Assembly (NCBI RefSeq): GCF_009914755.1 | Contig: NC_060936.1 | Direction: 5' to 3' (one strand) | Origin: the human T2T-CHM13v2.0 reference genome, Homo sapiens | Length of the DNA stretch: 64,000 nucleotides | In this document: positions 49,988 to 63,220 of the stretch, one piece after another | Numbering within the stretch: position 1 is the first letter of the stretch | Layout: each line of letters begins with the position of its first letter | Position numbers and translations under genes: made by a program | The notes under the pieces: generated by a model | The model's input: the letters and a program-made list of their open reading frames with translations, nothing else | What the model was told of the DNA's origin: nothing | Database searches by the model: none

Positions 49988-50253
49988 CACATATGTGTAT
50001 ATATGTGTACGTATATATGTGTGTATATATGTGTACGTATGTGTGTATATATGTGTACGTATGTGTGTATATGTGTATGTATATGTGTGTATATGTGTAT
50101 GTATATGTGTGTATATATGTGTACGTATGTGTGTGTATATGTGTACGTATATGTGTGTGTATATGTGTACGTATGTGTGTATATATGTGTACGTATATAT
50201 GTGTGTATATATGTGTACGTATATATGTGTGTATGTGTACGTATATATGTGTG

Positions 50254-50296
<43 letters not shown>

Positions 50297-50299
50297 GCA
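49935..50299. repeat. Compound alternating purine-pyrimidine repeat (AT)n(GT)n[tatatgtgtacgtatgtgtg-like]n(AC)n
   Basis: direct reading. Confidence 0.95.
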
Positions 50300-50410
50300 A
50301 AATCTGTTTGAGCTTTTCTAAATGCTTGACATCACTTTACCGGTGTCTGAGTAGCAAGAAACTCGGTACTCTGCCCCACCTTCCCTGGTGAAGTCACCTT
50401 CCCCTTGCAG

Positions 50411-50546
50411 TATGGTGTCCCGGTCATTAAATATGACAGAAAAGGCTTCAAAGCACGGCAGCGGCAACTCATTCTTACTCAGAAAGCAGCTTACGTGGTG
50501 GAACTTGCCAAAATCAAGCAGAAAATAGAGTACTCAGCTCTCAAAG
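50411..50546 (+). CDS. MYO1H: MYO1H exon w26, PH-like phosphoinositide loop ([19 protein letters not shown])
   Basis: cag| and |gtaaga; 136 nt; KYDRxGxK..R motif as in the MYO1C TH1-PH domain. Confidence 0.96.
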
Positions 50547-51109
50547 GTAAGAAGTGGGCAATCTTTAAAACAATGCACTGAGTTGACTCAACTACTGGAA
50601 AGCCCAGTAATGAAGCTCCCAAATGGGAAACACAAGTGTAGGGTGCCCATAAACCCCGGGGTAGTGATGCACACCTGTAGTCTCAGCTACTCGGAAGGCT
50701 GAGGCAGGAGGATCACTTGAGCCTGGGAATTCGAAGCTGCAGTGAGCTATGATTGTGCCACACACTCCAGCCTGGGTGGCAAAGTGAGACTCTGGCTCAA
50801 AAAAAAAAACAAAAAACAAAACCATCTGCCCTCCTCCCCTAGCGTTGCCCAGCCTGGACTGCACCCTTATTCTGGCATAAATATTAATAGCACCACTTTA
50901 TTCAAGTACCCAGGTTGGGCAATAGTCTGCTTCCACGGTGATCAGAGCCCACTAGCAGGCTAAGATTTCTAAAGTATGCCCTTCATCCTTCTGGGCCCAG
51001 CTAGGAGAATGAAGTGTGGTGTTGGGCAGCCCCTGGGCGTATCTCTTCTTCCTCTGTACTAATGTCAAGCTCTCTAGTTCTTGGCTCCTAACTCTGGATC
51101 TGTCTTAAG

Positions 51110-51180
51110 GTGTCTCCACTAGCAATCTGAGTGATGGAATCTTAGTCATTCATGTTTCACCAGAGGACAGCAAGCAAAAG
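51110..51180 (+). CDS. MYO1H: MYO1H exon w27 (GVSTSNLSDGILVIHVSPEDSKQK)
   Basis: aag| and |gtaatt; 71 nt. Confidence 0.94.
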
Positions 51181-51328
51181 GTAATTGACAGCCACCAGTC
51201 TCTACTAAAAGACAGAAACAATACACTGCCAAAATGTTAAGTTGACCACCGTGAAACTTCTCTATTGGAGTGTCTGTTTCTTTAAGCTGTGAATACTGAA
51301 ATTATGCCTTGTCTCCTCCCCACCCCAG

Positions 51329-51426
51329 GGGGATGCCGTTTTGCAGTGTGGACACGTGTTTGAAGCAGTTACTAAACTCGTCATGCTGGTTAAGAAGGAG
51401 AACATTGTCAATGTTGTTCAAGGAAG
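51329..51426 (+). CDS. MYO1H: MYO1H exon w28 (GDAVLQCGHVFEAVTKLVMLVKKENIVNVVQG)
   Basis: cag| and |gtaggt; 98 nt. Confidence 0.94.
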
Positions 51427-52405
51427 GTAGGTGGCTTCATCTTCAGCTCAGGAAGTAATTCAATGTTAAAATGTTTATTAAGGCCGAGCGTGGTGGCTCA
51501 TGCCTATAATCCCAGCACTTTGGGAGGCTGAGGTGAGCAGATAACTTGAGGCTAGGAGTTCAAGACCAGCCTGGCCAAAATGGTGAAACCCCGTTTCTAC
51601 TAAGAATACAAAGATTAGCCGGGTTTGGTGGTGCACACTTGTAATCCCAGATACTTGGGAGGCCTGAGGCACGAGAATCCCTTGAACCCAGGAAGCGGAG
51701 GTTGCAATGAGCCAAGATCACACCACTGCACTCCAGCCTGGGCAACAGAGATAGACAATGTCTCAAAAAAAAAAAAAAATTACAGATCGGGGAAGATGCA
51801 AATATTGTTTTCACTCCTGCTTGCCTCCTGCTTCCAACGTAATCAAGCACCATCTCTACCAGTAAGGGGTGAGAAGCCTCTAGTGTTACATCCTCGCCCC
51901 TTCCCATAAGTAACTTTTTTCCGTCTTCATCCCTGGGATCTTGGCCTTCAGAGAAATGAAGTCAGTGAAGGCAGGATATCCTGGAGAGCTGTTTCTTTTC
52001 CCTCATCCTGTGCTGTTCCAAGTTTTAACAACCAGAGCACATTTGTAGGTGGAATAAGGAGAGAGAGTTGAGTGCTTTGAAATGTGTTGTCTTTGTGTTG
52101 CTGTACCTGAGGGAATACTCAGCCCCTCAGAGTTTCAGTGTGATATGGAAGTAGTTCCATAGACATCAACTGACCCTTTGAAGAACTGAATGTGCTCATT
52201 TGATCTCACGGTAACTACAGAAACATGTAAGTTGCCCAGCTGTGGCAACAGCATTCTTCCTTCAAATATGCAATAAAACACTGTAATAAAACAGGAATTT
52301 GATCTTGAAACTAGTAGAATTTAATAAGTGAATTTCTTCTGCAGACCAAAGGTTGAGAGAAGAAAATACAGTATGTCAGTAATGTGTCACTTTGTGTATT
52401 TTAAG

Positions 52406-52505
52406 TTTACAGTTTTTTATTAGTCCGGGAAAAGAAGGCACAATAGTTTTCGACACTGGACCGGAAGAACAAGTCTATAAAAATAAAAATGGACAATTAA
52501 CAGTG
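52406..52505 (+). CDS. MYO1H: MYO1H exon w29 (SLQFFISPGKEGTIVFDTGPEEQVYKNKNGQLTV)
   Basis: aag| and |gtgagt; 100 nt. Confidence 0.93.
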
Positions 52506-52849
52506 GTGAGTGGCCGTCTCTGGGAGGGAAGTAAGCCGTTTTAGATGAGAATATAAGTTAAAGTTCTACCAATTTCAGTCCTGTAGATTGACTGGAATCA
52601 TAAGCTATTAATAGTTCATTTCTGCCCTCTATTCCTAATTCTACATCTGTAAGACAGGAAGAAATTGATATAGAGATACACACATCTAAACACTGAATGA
52701 GAAAAGAAAAAAAGCTTAACCATCCTTGTCAGTGAACCAGAAGCTGACATGAGACACTTCCCAAATAGCAGAGTCTAACTTTTCACTGGATAAAGGCTTC
52801 ACGCTTATTACAGTTATCCATAACTATCCATAACTTCCCCCCACGTGGA

Positions 52850-53085
52850 AATCAATGCGCTTGTGTCCCACCCAGATACTGAGACTTAATTGGTTGGAGG
52901 TGCGGCTTAGGCTTCAGGATGCAAGAAAATATAAACGTAAGAAAAATATGTAAGAAAGAAATGTGTAAAAAATATGTAAGAAAATATAAAGTTGCTTTTT
53001 GGAATACATGTGTCAAAGGCTGCCCATGTTAATACCTTTGGTATAAAATGGATCTAACAAGCACAGAGGTTTGGGAACCATGGCT
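52850..53085. mobile_element. MER5A-like fragment interrupted by a templated insertion
   Basis: gtcccacccagatactgagacttaattggttggaggtgcggc.. and ..gtttgggaaccatgg flank the insert. Confidence 0.6.
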
Positions 53086-53375
53086 ACGTTAGGGAGAAGT
53101 CTAGCCTGAGCACACAAGTACGCTGCCTTCCCTGACTGTGCCCATGCTGGGCTGAGGGTCCCAGTGGTCCTCGCTGGCTGCTAGTACACGGAGCTTGTTT
53201 TGATCCAGTTTTGCTGAAAAACGACATGTTAAAAGCAGAGGGAGCTGAATCTTTAAAATGTATCTTGTATTATAGGAAGAATTTTGATACAAATTAATTA
53301 AAAAATGGTCTGTGAACATGGAGTGTCTCATACACATTTAAATTTAAGTGGATTTACCTATAAAGTCATTTTGCA

Positions 53376-53668
53376 GGCCCGGCGCGGTGGCTCACGCCTA
53401 TAATCCCAGCACTTTGGGAGGCCGAGATGGGCAGATCACCTGAGGTCAGGAGTTCCAGACCAGTCTGGCCAACATGGTGAACTCCGTCTCTACTAAAAAT
53501 ACAAAAATTAGTTGAGCATGGTGGCACATGCCTATAGTTCCAGATACTCAGGGAGGCTGAGGCAGGAGAATTGCTTGAACACAGGAGGCGGAGGTTGCAG
53601 TGAGCTGAGATCGCACCACTACACTCCAGCCTGGGCGATAGAGTGAGACTCCATCTCAAAAAAATAAA
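53376..53668 (+). mobile_element. AluSx-like
   Basis: TSD ataaa(g/a)tcattttg. Confidence 0.9.
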
Positions 53669-54052
53669 ATCATTTTGTAGATATAAAATAATTGCCCCTA
53701 GACACAATGAACTCCTTTGGGGACAAGTTAAAATAAGGATCATTTTGGATGTAGACTATAAGGTGTCTTTTTAGTTTACACACTGTCTTAAAAGTGACAC
53801 CCCAGAGACTGTGTCTCTCTCCTCTGGAGTCACACGGAGTCCATCTTCCTCCCTGACTGGTTCTGGCTGAAGAGGCTGACAGGCCTCGATGAGCCAGTTT
53901 CTAAGTCTGGCTTGTCTCATGGGAGGTGGCACTGGCTTCTCACAGGCCCTCCACACCCACCTTGCTAATGGTGACAGTTGAGGTGATAACTGTTTCCTTT
54001 TGCGCAAAGGGAGCGGGGAAGGGCTGTAAACCGAAGTGTGACTCTCTCCCAG

Positions 54053-54076
54053 GTGTCAGTCCGGAGGAAGTCCTGA
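54053..54076 (+). CDS. MYO1H: MYO1H terminal coding segment VSVRRKS*
   Basis: cccag| acceptor; TGA followed immediately by TAG. Confidence 0.88.
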   Translation: MSVRRKS

Positions 54077-54438
54077 TAGAGGATGACGTCTGACCTCTAC
54101 CATCGCCATTTTTGCTCCAACTGAGGAAACTACAGGGGAAGTGGGGATTGGATCCAGTTAGCTACCTCTTCAAGGTACCAGGCCCGCAGCACTAACAGAT
54201 CACATCTGAAGAAACTGAGGGGCGTTAGGCCAAAGCCTAATCCCAGCTCCTCAGCTGCCCCATGGCACCTTATTTAAAATGTCACCTTCTGGAAGCAGAC
54301 CCCAGGTCACCCGAAGGCGCAATTCTAAACACCCTCGACAGGATCTATGTTCAGTGCGCAGTCCAACGTGTCATTAGAGGGTGGGCAAGATTCTCTACCT
54401 CTGTCAAGCTGCCCTGAGACATGATGAAATACTGTGTA

Positions 54439-55182
54439 CAGCAAGTTCTCAAATAACATTTCATTATATGTTGATAAGACATCTGATTCCTGGGCAGGGC
54501 CACTGTCTGGGTGGAGTCTGTATGTTCTCCCCATGTCTCTGGGTTTCTTCTGGGTGCTCTGGTTTCCTCCCACGTCCCCAAGGTGTGTGTGTCAGGTGCA
54601 CTGGCGTGTCTATGCGGTCCCAGTCTGAGTGAGTGTGGGTGCGTGAGCCCCGTGAGAGGAGGACATCCTGTCCAGGGTGGGTCCCGCCTTCTGCCCTGAG
54701 CTGCTGGGATTGGGCTCTGGCCATCTGCAACCCTGAACGTGCAGGTTGGAGAACGAATGAATACAAATTTTATTGTAAAATAAAAATGTATATAAAGCAT
54801 ATGAGCACACAAATGGACAATAAATGCCACAGCGCAAAAGCGTGTAGCGAGCCTGCCACGCTTGTGACTGGGGAGGGGCTCCGTATAATCTCACCTTTGC
54901 AAGCGTTTATTTACTGATGTATGCGGCCACCACTGTGACCACCATCACTTACCGATTCACCAAAACTTAGGTAATATGGTCTTATTTTTGATTTAATTAA
55001 ATATACGTGTAGCTCATGTATTTCACAGTTTAATATGAGAAGTGCTTTGGTCTTTATTTAGAAATTGGGTGATGTTTTTGTGCCCAGCAACATGCTGTAG
55101 GAATTTAACTCTTGTTTACATCCATTAGCCTCATGGTTTTGCTTCAAGTCTCAGCTTCCAAGAACCTATCGATGACTTACTG
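54439..55182 (-). mobile_element. MER6 (Tigger-type, carries V-SINE-like core) in the MYO1H 3'UTR
   Basis: terminus ccaagaacctatcgatgacttactg; core tatgttctccccatgtctctgggtttc..ggtttcctccca. Confidence 0.72.
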
Positions 55183-55244
55183 TGCATGGTCTGAGACTAA
55201 GTAAAGGAAATTTCCTAAAGCTGTGAAATTTGAATTTTGCTTTA

Positions 55245-55250
55245 AATAAA
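55245..55250 (+). terminator. Likely MYO1H polyadenylation signal AATAAA
   Basis: canonical hexamer followed ~20 nt later by CA and GU-rich ggattgggtttggtg. Confidence 0.7.
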
Positions 55251-55562
55251 TGGAACTCACATGTGTCAAGGGATTGGGTTTGGTGAACTGAAGCCCTCTG
55301 CCCCATAATAGCAAATCAGTGGTAACACCAGCTGATTCACTTTTTCATGAGCCAGGCAGCCTTTGACCCCAAGACTTCCTTTTGGTGTTTGAATTCAAAC
55401 AAACACTACAGAAACATGACTGTCTTTTCCCTTCCACCTGGAGCGACTTTAAGGGGCTGAGGCAGAACGTGGGGGCCCTGCCTTTGTTGTAAACCGATTT
55501 TAGGGGCCTGGTTATGCCGGGCATGCCTGAAAAGAGCCAGAAAACAGAAGCATTTTATGACT

Positions 55563-55568
55563 TTTATT
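55563..55568 (-). terminator. KCTD10 distal polyadenylation signal (tttatt on +)
   Basis: AATAAA on minus with upstream UGUA elements (taca on + at ~55570-55606). Confidence 0.75.
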
Positions 55569-56338
55569 TTACATGTCGCCAACGTTTGTACAACATACAG
55601 TGGCTACATCTAAAACTTTGAGCATTTTTTTATGGCGCAAAGAGACAGAAAGGTTAATGACACACTTAACTGTTACAGTGACTTTGGGTAGAGCCCTAAA
55701 GACAGCACACGCTCCAGAGGGCGGGCTGAGTGTTGTTCACACTTGGGTCCTGAATCGCTGTTGTAAGGTACAGAGACACACTTTAACTGGGGAATGGGGT
55801 CCCCACACAGTGATCGCCCCACGGGAGGGTGACAGAATATGCCAGGAATTGTCTTGGACATGGGCCCCAGTCACCACAATCAGATGGCTTATTTGAAACA
55901 AACAAACAAAAAAAACCCTTGATTACGACACACCAAAGCTGTTCCAATTTGTAAAAAACTGTAGTTATTACATTGCAATGAAATCTCTTTACCAAATCTT
56001 GGGCCAGTGTTTTACCTGGATAGTGCTTACATTATAAATATTGGTTTTTGCCCTTAGTGCTAACATAAGAAAAATCAGTTCCTTGTATACTCAATAACAG
56101 AGCTTGGACCAGCCAATGCTGTCTATTCACTCATGGCTATAATGCAGCCGACAGAATTGTTCACCATGGAATGTTTTATAAACCTGTTCATATTCCAGAG
56201 AGACAAAGACTCAAAACTACAAGTGCAAAGTTGGGTAGAGAGAGCTGCCAGAAACACTAGCTCATTAGGCATAGAGGCCACAGCAAATCAAATTGTTCCA
56301 CAAACTCATTCTTCACACAAACATTTAAAACACTATGC

Positions 56339-56630
56339 AGCCAGGTGTGGTGACTCACACCTGTAATCCCAGCACTTTGGGAGGCCAAGGTGGTCGGATC
56401 ACAGGGTCAGGAGTTCAAGACCAGCCTGGCCAACATGGTGAAACCCCATCTCTACTAAAAATACAAAATTAGCTGGGCATGGGCTGATGGGTACCTGCAA
56501 TCCCAGCTACTCGGGAGGCTGAGGCAGCAGAATCGCTTGAACCCAGGAGGCACAAGTTGTGGTAAGTGGAGATGGTGCCACTACACTCCAGCCTGGCCAA
56601 TAGAGCAAGACTCCGCCTCAAAAAAAAATT
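56339..56630 (+). mobile_element. AluS in KCTD10 3'UTR (antisense in the mRNA)
   Basis: Alu consensus. Confidence 0.9.
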
Positions 56631-56881
56631 TATACAATGGCTTTTCCATTTTCCTGGCCAACATTCACTTCGACTTTCTAAAAAAGCTCAACCCAAAAGA
56701 AAGACAGGGTTGGTGTTTAACACTTAAACAGTATAAAATATTTACGAAACATTTTGTAAGCCCTCTTTCCTTAGCACTTAATAAAATCCAAATGGCCTAA
56801 TATAAAAGTTTCTCACACGACAGTTTAAAAAGCATCTGCCCAATACACGATTTTGACATTCAGTCATGATTGTTTTAAAGT

Positions 56882-56887
56882 TTTATT
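56882..56887 (-). terminator. Candidate KCTD10 proximal polyadenylation signal
   Basis: AATAAA on minus with several upstream UGUA motifs (taca on + at ~56906, 56921, 56948). Confidence 0.55.
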
Positions 56888-58485
56888 GTAGACTTTGCTG
56901 TTGGATACAAAATGAAGGCATACAACTGTCACAGGCAGGGCAGTAAGTACAAAGTCTAAGCTGTAAAAACCGTTTGAAAATATAAACTCGTTTTTGGAAT
57001 ACATGTGTCAAAGGCTGCCCATGTTAATACCTTTGGTATAAAACGGTAACGATTCCCTTGACAAACCCATCCATCACCTGACGCACATTCACATCTCCTG
57101 GTAACTACTCTACCTAGTCTAGTCTCAACCACCCCTGTCAGTCACGACTCACTCCTGTTCCTTTGCAGGTGCAGAGGAGCCTGGGAGGTAGGTCACTGAG
57201 AACACCCGTCCTACATAGGCGCTGCGCCCAGCCGGGCTCCAGCAGGGGCCACCTGTGCCCCACAAGCACACGTCCCCACCCACAGTCACACATATCCCTT
57301 AAACAAACATGAACACAGACACAAACCAGACCCAAAGTTATCTATCTACCCGCACATCCTCAACCTGTTCACTGCTGGCCACTCTACACTGTGTAAAAAT
57401 CAGAGGCAAAGACAAGGGGGTCTGTGTTTATAGCAGGGAAGCTCCCTGGGGCTGGTGGTGTGAGGGTGTCCCTGCCTGGATGCCAGGCTGGGAGGACAAA
57501 GGGTATGGGCCACACTGAATTTCTAAGCAAAATGACTTAGAAAGTTAGCCCAGCTTCATGGGGAAGGAGGCTGAAGAGGAGCGGGATCCCAGGGAGGGGT
57601 AGTTTATGAGCTATGCCTGTCACAGGGTCAGATGGCCTTCCTGGAGTGGAGTCGGGTCAATCAGGAGAACAACTGGACGGGGCTGGAGTTGGGGAAAGAA
57701 CCAGAAACAGAGCTGGACACTTACTGCCATGGAAAGTTCTGCTCCTACGCAGACATATGGGGTCCCAGTGAGCACCAGGCCAAAGACCAGCCCAAGGTGG
57801 CAAAAGGCTTGATCCCTAAACAAAGCCTTGCACCCAAAGTTGCACTGGTCTCAACGATTTAGACACTCATTCAGCCATATTTCCACTGCCACAAGCTGCA
57901 ATTATCAACAAGCTCTAGGCCCAAAGCCACATGGCAGAAAGCACGTCTAGCAAAGCAGTGGGGATTGTGCCCGGGCCAAACACACAGGAACCAGGAGTGG
58001 ACCTGCTGGGGCTGGAGGATTATGAAATAGGAAGCAGGGAGCTCAGATACCTCTGGTGGCCTCCAACTGCAGGACAACTCTCAGAATTGTCAAACTGAAC
58101 CCTTAAGGGAGTGTCACCCAAAAAGCCCACATAGGAAGTCGACACCCACAAAAATAAATATTGCAAACAAAAGTTCTCACATACACTTCACACTCATTCA
58201 TACTTTTCCTCTGAGAACCGAGAAAGCCTGGCTCCAAAGAGTCTCAGATTCTCATGAAAAGTAGAGATCTTAGACACAGCTTGTTCAACGACAGGGGTCA
58301 TACGCCTGGGTCAAGACAATCAATTTGCCTTGTCAAGCAATACCAAAATAATCATCTGGCTTGTTACAAAAGTATCTCCAGGCTCCAAGGGAAGCAGAAG
58401 GGGCCCGGCAGCCTGCACAGGATCTGGGTGTAGCACGGCAGGGAGTGGGGGCGGTGAGAGGAGGGCGGCTCGGTCTCTTGCCTGC

Positions 58486-58704
58486 TCACTGGTGGAGGTG
58501 GGCCCGGTCATCAGGGCGCTTGATGTGGATCCTCCGCACGCGCTCGATCCGCTCCCGCTCCTCGTCCTCGTCCAGGTGGTGGGAGCGCCCCGCCGCCCCG
58601 CCTGTGGCCTCCAGGAGCGCATTGTCAGGTCCCCGGCCATCCTGGGCCTCATACAGCAAAATGTTCAGGGTCTCCTCATAAATCCGGGCTTCGGGAAACT
58701 CCAC
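58486..58704 (-). CDS. KCTD10: KCTD10 last coding exon (VEFPEARIYEETLNILLYE..RPDDRAHLHQ*)
   Basis: acag| acceptor at 58705-58706; 72 aa + TGA; recognisable KCTD10/BACURD C-terminus. Confidence 0.96.
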   Translation of the reverse strand: MEFPEARIYEETLNILLYEAQDGRGPDNALLEATGGAAGRSHHLDEDEERERIERVRRIHIKRPDDRAHLHQ

Positions 58705-59782
58705 CTGTGTTCCCACAGTATACAGGGCAGGTAAGTTATGGCCCACCCCCTCTGCCAACACCTGGACTTTAAGCAGGGCCGCCAGGCTAAATCAGGATCA
58801 GGCCCCTGGGATTCTGCTGAAGGCCACCAGTATTATTTTTAAATAAACTGATATTTTCAATGGCAACACTTACATGTGGTGCTAAATGCACAGAAAATCA
58901 AGGGGATGCAGAGAAACAGGTCTCCCTGCCCCTAGTTTCCCTTCTTAAAGGTACAGTTTCTCATCATTTTACCCTCTCAAAGATTCTGTGCATGTAAATA
59001 TGTGTAATACACATATTTATTCACACACTTCAAAAAACACACAAGGTGGCCCACCACACAGAGTTGTACATGTCTTCCTCTTGTGCCTAACTTAACCTAG
59101 AGATCATTCTGTATCAAGGAATTATAAATACGACAATGCAATTAACCATACTTGGATGGCCATTTAGGTCACTGCTAATATGCTTCTCCTAACAGAGCTG
59201 CAACCTTGCACAGAAGTCCTTCCACACCTTAAAGCAGTCTCTAAAGCAGTTTTTTGTACAGGGTCCAGCTGGGGACTCCCACGAAATGGGCATGAGCCCT
59301 TCTGCTGTTTGGCAAATCATTGTGTTTGCTCATTGCCCTTCAGGGTTAAGGTGTGATGAACAGGAAGAGGGCCACATAAGCAGGTCCCACACATTTGATC
59401 AGACTAGACTCCACTTTCAGGGTGGAATTCAGAGGTTCTGGGAAAAATGGAGCAGGCACACTCTACCCCGTCTTCCTCACTGACACTACAAAGCCAGAAT
59501 GGGATGCACACAGCAGCTAACTGTGGACTCAGAAGTAAATCATGGCAGGCAGATGGGGGAAACAACAGAATTTGGAGTAATGCCCAACAGTGAGTTTACT
59601 GCTTGCTGCTGCCAGCACTGATGCAGCCTGAAACCCTGAAATGGCACCAGGACAGAAGACCTCCAGAAGGTCTCTAGTGGCCAGGGAGGCCAACAGAGTC
59701 TAACAGGCAGAGAGGCTGGGAGGAAATCCTGGTTTTCTTTCCTTTTTTTTTTTTTTTTTTTAAAAGATATGGGATCTGGCTA

Positions 59783-61834
<2,052 letters not shown>

Positions 61835-63024
61835 CAATATGGTGACTCTCCTCTTACTACCCAAGGGCAGAGGCAGCCCAGGTATATTTTTAAAAAATCA
61901 AACCATGACAGAATGGGGGTCTAATTACAGGAAGAATTCACAGCCCTGAAAAAAAAAAAACAGTTCACAGGAGAAAAGGGGCATGATGTCTTGCCAATGT
62001 GGAGAGAGAGGCAGATGATTCTGGTTCACCCCCTGCCCCCGGGATCTTTGAAAGCAAAAAGAACCTCAGTGTTTAGCACTTCTTGGCTACCTTAAGAACA
62101 ATATCTATTCTTTTAGGATAGATTTTGAATGCTTAGGAATAAAATATGTTGTCAAATTCATCCTGTGAGTGCTGGGGAGGAGGAGTAGATACAGACTGAG
62201 TGAGAGTGCCCAAGCTGATGGCCCTTGACGTGGCGTGATGGCACAGGGGAAATCACCGCACTATAATTCTGTGTATGGCTTCAATTTTCAATAATAAGTT
62301 AAAAAAAAAAAAGACTCTGGTTTCTACTTTGTGATGTGATGATTTCTTCTCATTTGCTTTTTGTTCGAGGTCAGCTACAGAATCATGCAGAACTGTGGCC
62401 CCAAAAGCTGCAGGGACAATAGTAACCTGGGTAAGTGACCTACAGGCTCAGGCTCTTAAGACTCCTGTGCAAGGGTGACAAGAGGCATGACCGTCGGCCC
62501 ACAGCAGACCTGCTGCATGTCACTGGATAGCCAGAATTCCCTTAGACACGTTAAAGAAATGACAGAGTGTATAATGTGAATTAAAAGTTTAAAAAGACAG
62601 AAAACCCAATTGCAGAGCCCCAAAAGGGCAGGCAAATTCAATTAAGGGGGGGCCAGATCTCTAGCAGCACTATGCAGAGCAATCCAGCTTTGTGGAACGG
62701 CATGGTGGGAGAAGTCAAAGGATAGGTCAAGCCTACTGGTTTGGAGAGGATGATATAAAAACACATCCCCAGAGTCCAGCCCAGTCAGGGAGTCAAGCAT
62801 GCTTGGAAGGAAGCCAGCAAGGTAGGGAGCTAAAGGAATGCCAGATGAACCCTACATTTGGCTCCTTGCAGGGCCTAAAAGATAAATATTTTAAGGATGA
62901 GCAATCACAAGGCAAGCAAAGCATTTTAAAAGCATTTCCCTCTGTATTGGGCTCAAGTGAAAGGAAGTTCTATAGGTGTGTGTTTCAGAACAGCCACTCC
63001 AAACTGTCCTCTCGAGGCTCTTAC

Positions 63025-63220
63025 CTTGGTCTGTTTCTTCTCAGTGGCATAGACGATGGAGGTACAACAGACTTCAGCAATCTTCCGGCCCTGACCATAA
63101 AAGGACCAGCAGCAGATTTCATCCCCAATAACATCCTTTATGAACAGGACCCTTCCGTTAAAGCGCAGAGACAGCTTATCAAACAGTTCAATGTTTTTCA
63201 ACATATTGTCGTCAGAATTG
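63025..63220 (-). CDS. KCTD10: KCTD10 penultimate coding exon ([38 protein letters not shown])
   Basis: ttttgcag| acceptor, |gtaaga donor; 196 nt; conserved KCTD10/KCTD13/TNFAIP1 segment. Confidence 0.96.

Larger units (their letters stand above)
50655..51780 (+). mobile_element. Alu right monomer/FRAM (50655-50820) and AluS (51482-51780)
   Basis: Alu consensus; the interval also contains exons w27-w28. Confidence 0.83.
54077..55270 (+). other. MYO1H: MYO1H 3'UTR (approximate end)
   Basis: follows the stop codon; AATAAA at 54779, 54819 and 55245. Confidence 0.75.
55545..58485 (-). other. KCTD10: KCTD10 3'UTR (~2.9 kb, approximate distal end)
   Basis: downstream of TGA at 58486-58488 on the minus strand; minus-strand AATAAA at 55563-55568. 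Confidence 0.8.

Noticed and set aside
49807-50391. Six overlapping HTYI/CVY-rich ORFs
   Set aside because: Stop-free frames of a dinucleotide-type repeat.
52406-52413. Second AG (tttacag) 7 nt inside exon w29
   Set aside because: Using it shifts the frame; only 52406 keeps the TH1 frame to the C-terminus.
58320-58734. Alternative-frame and antisense ORFs over the last KCTD10 exon
   Set aside because: GC-rich coding shadow with no independent support.
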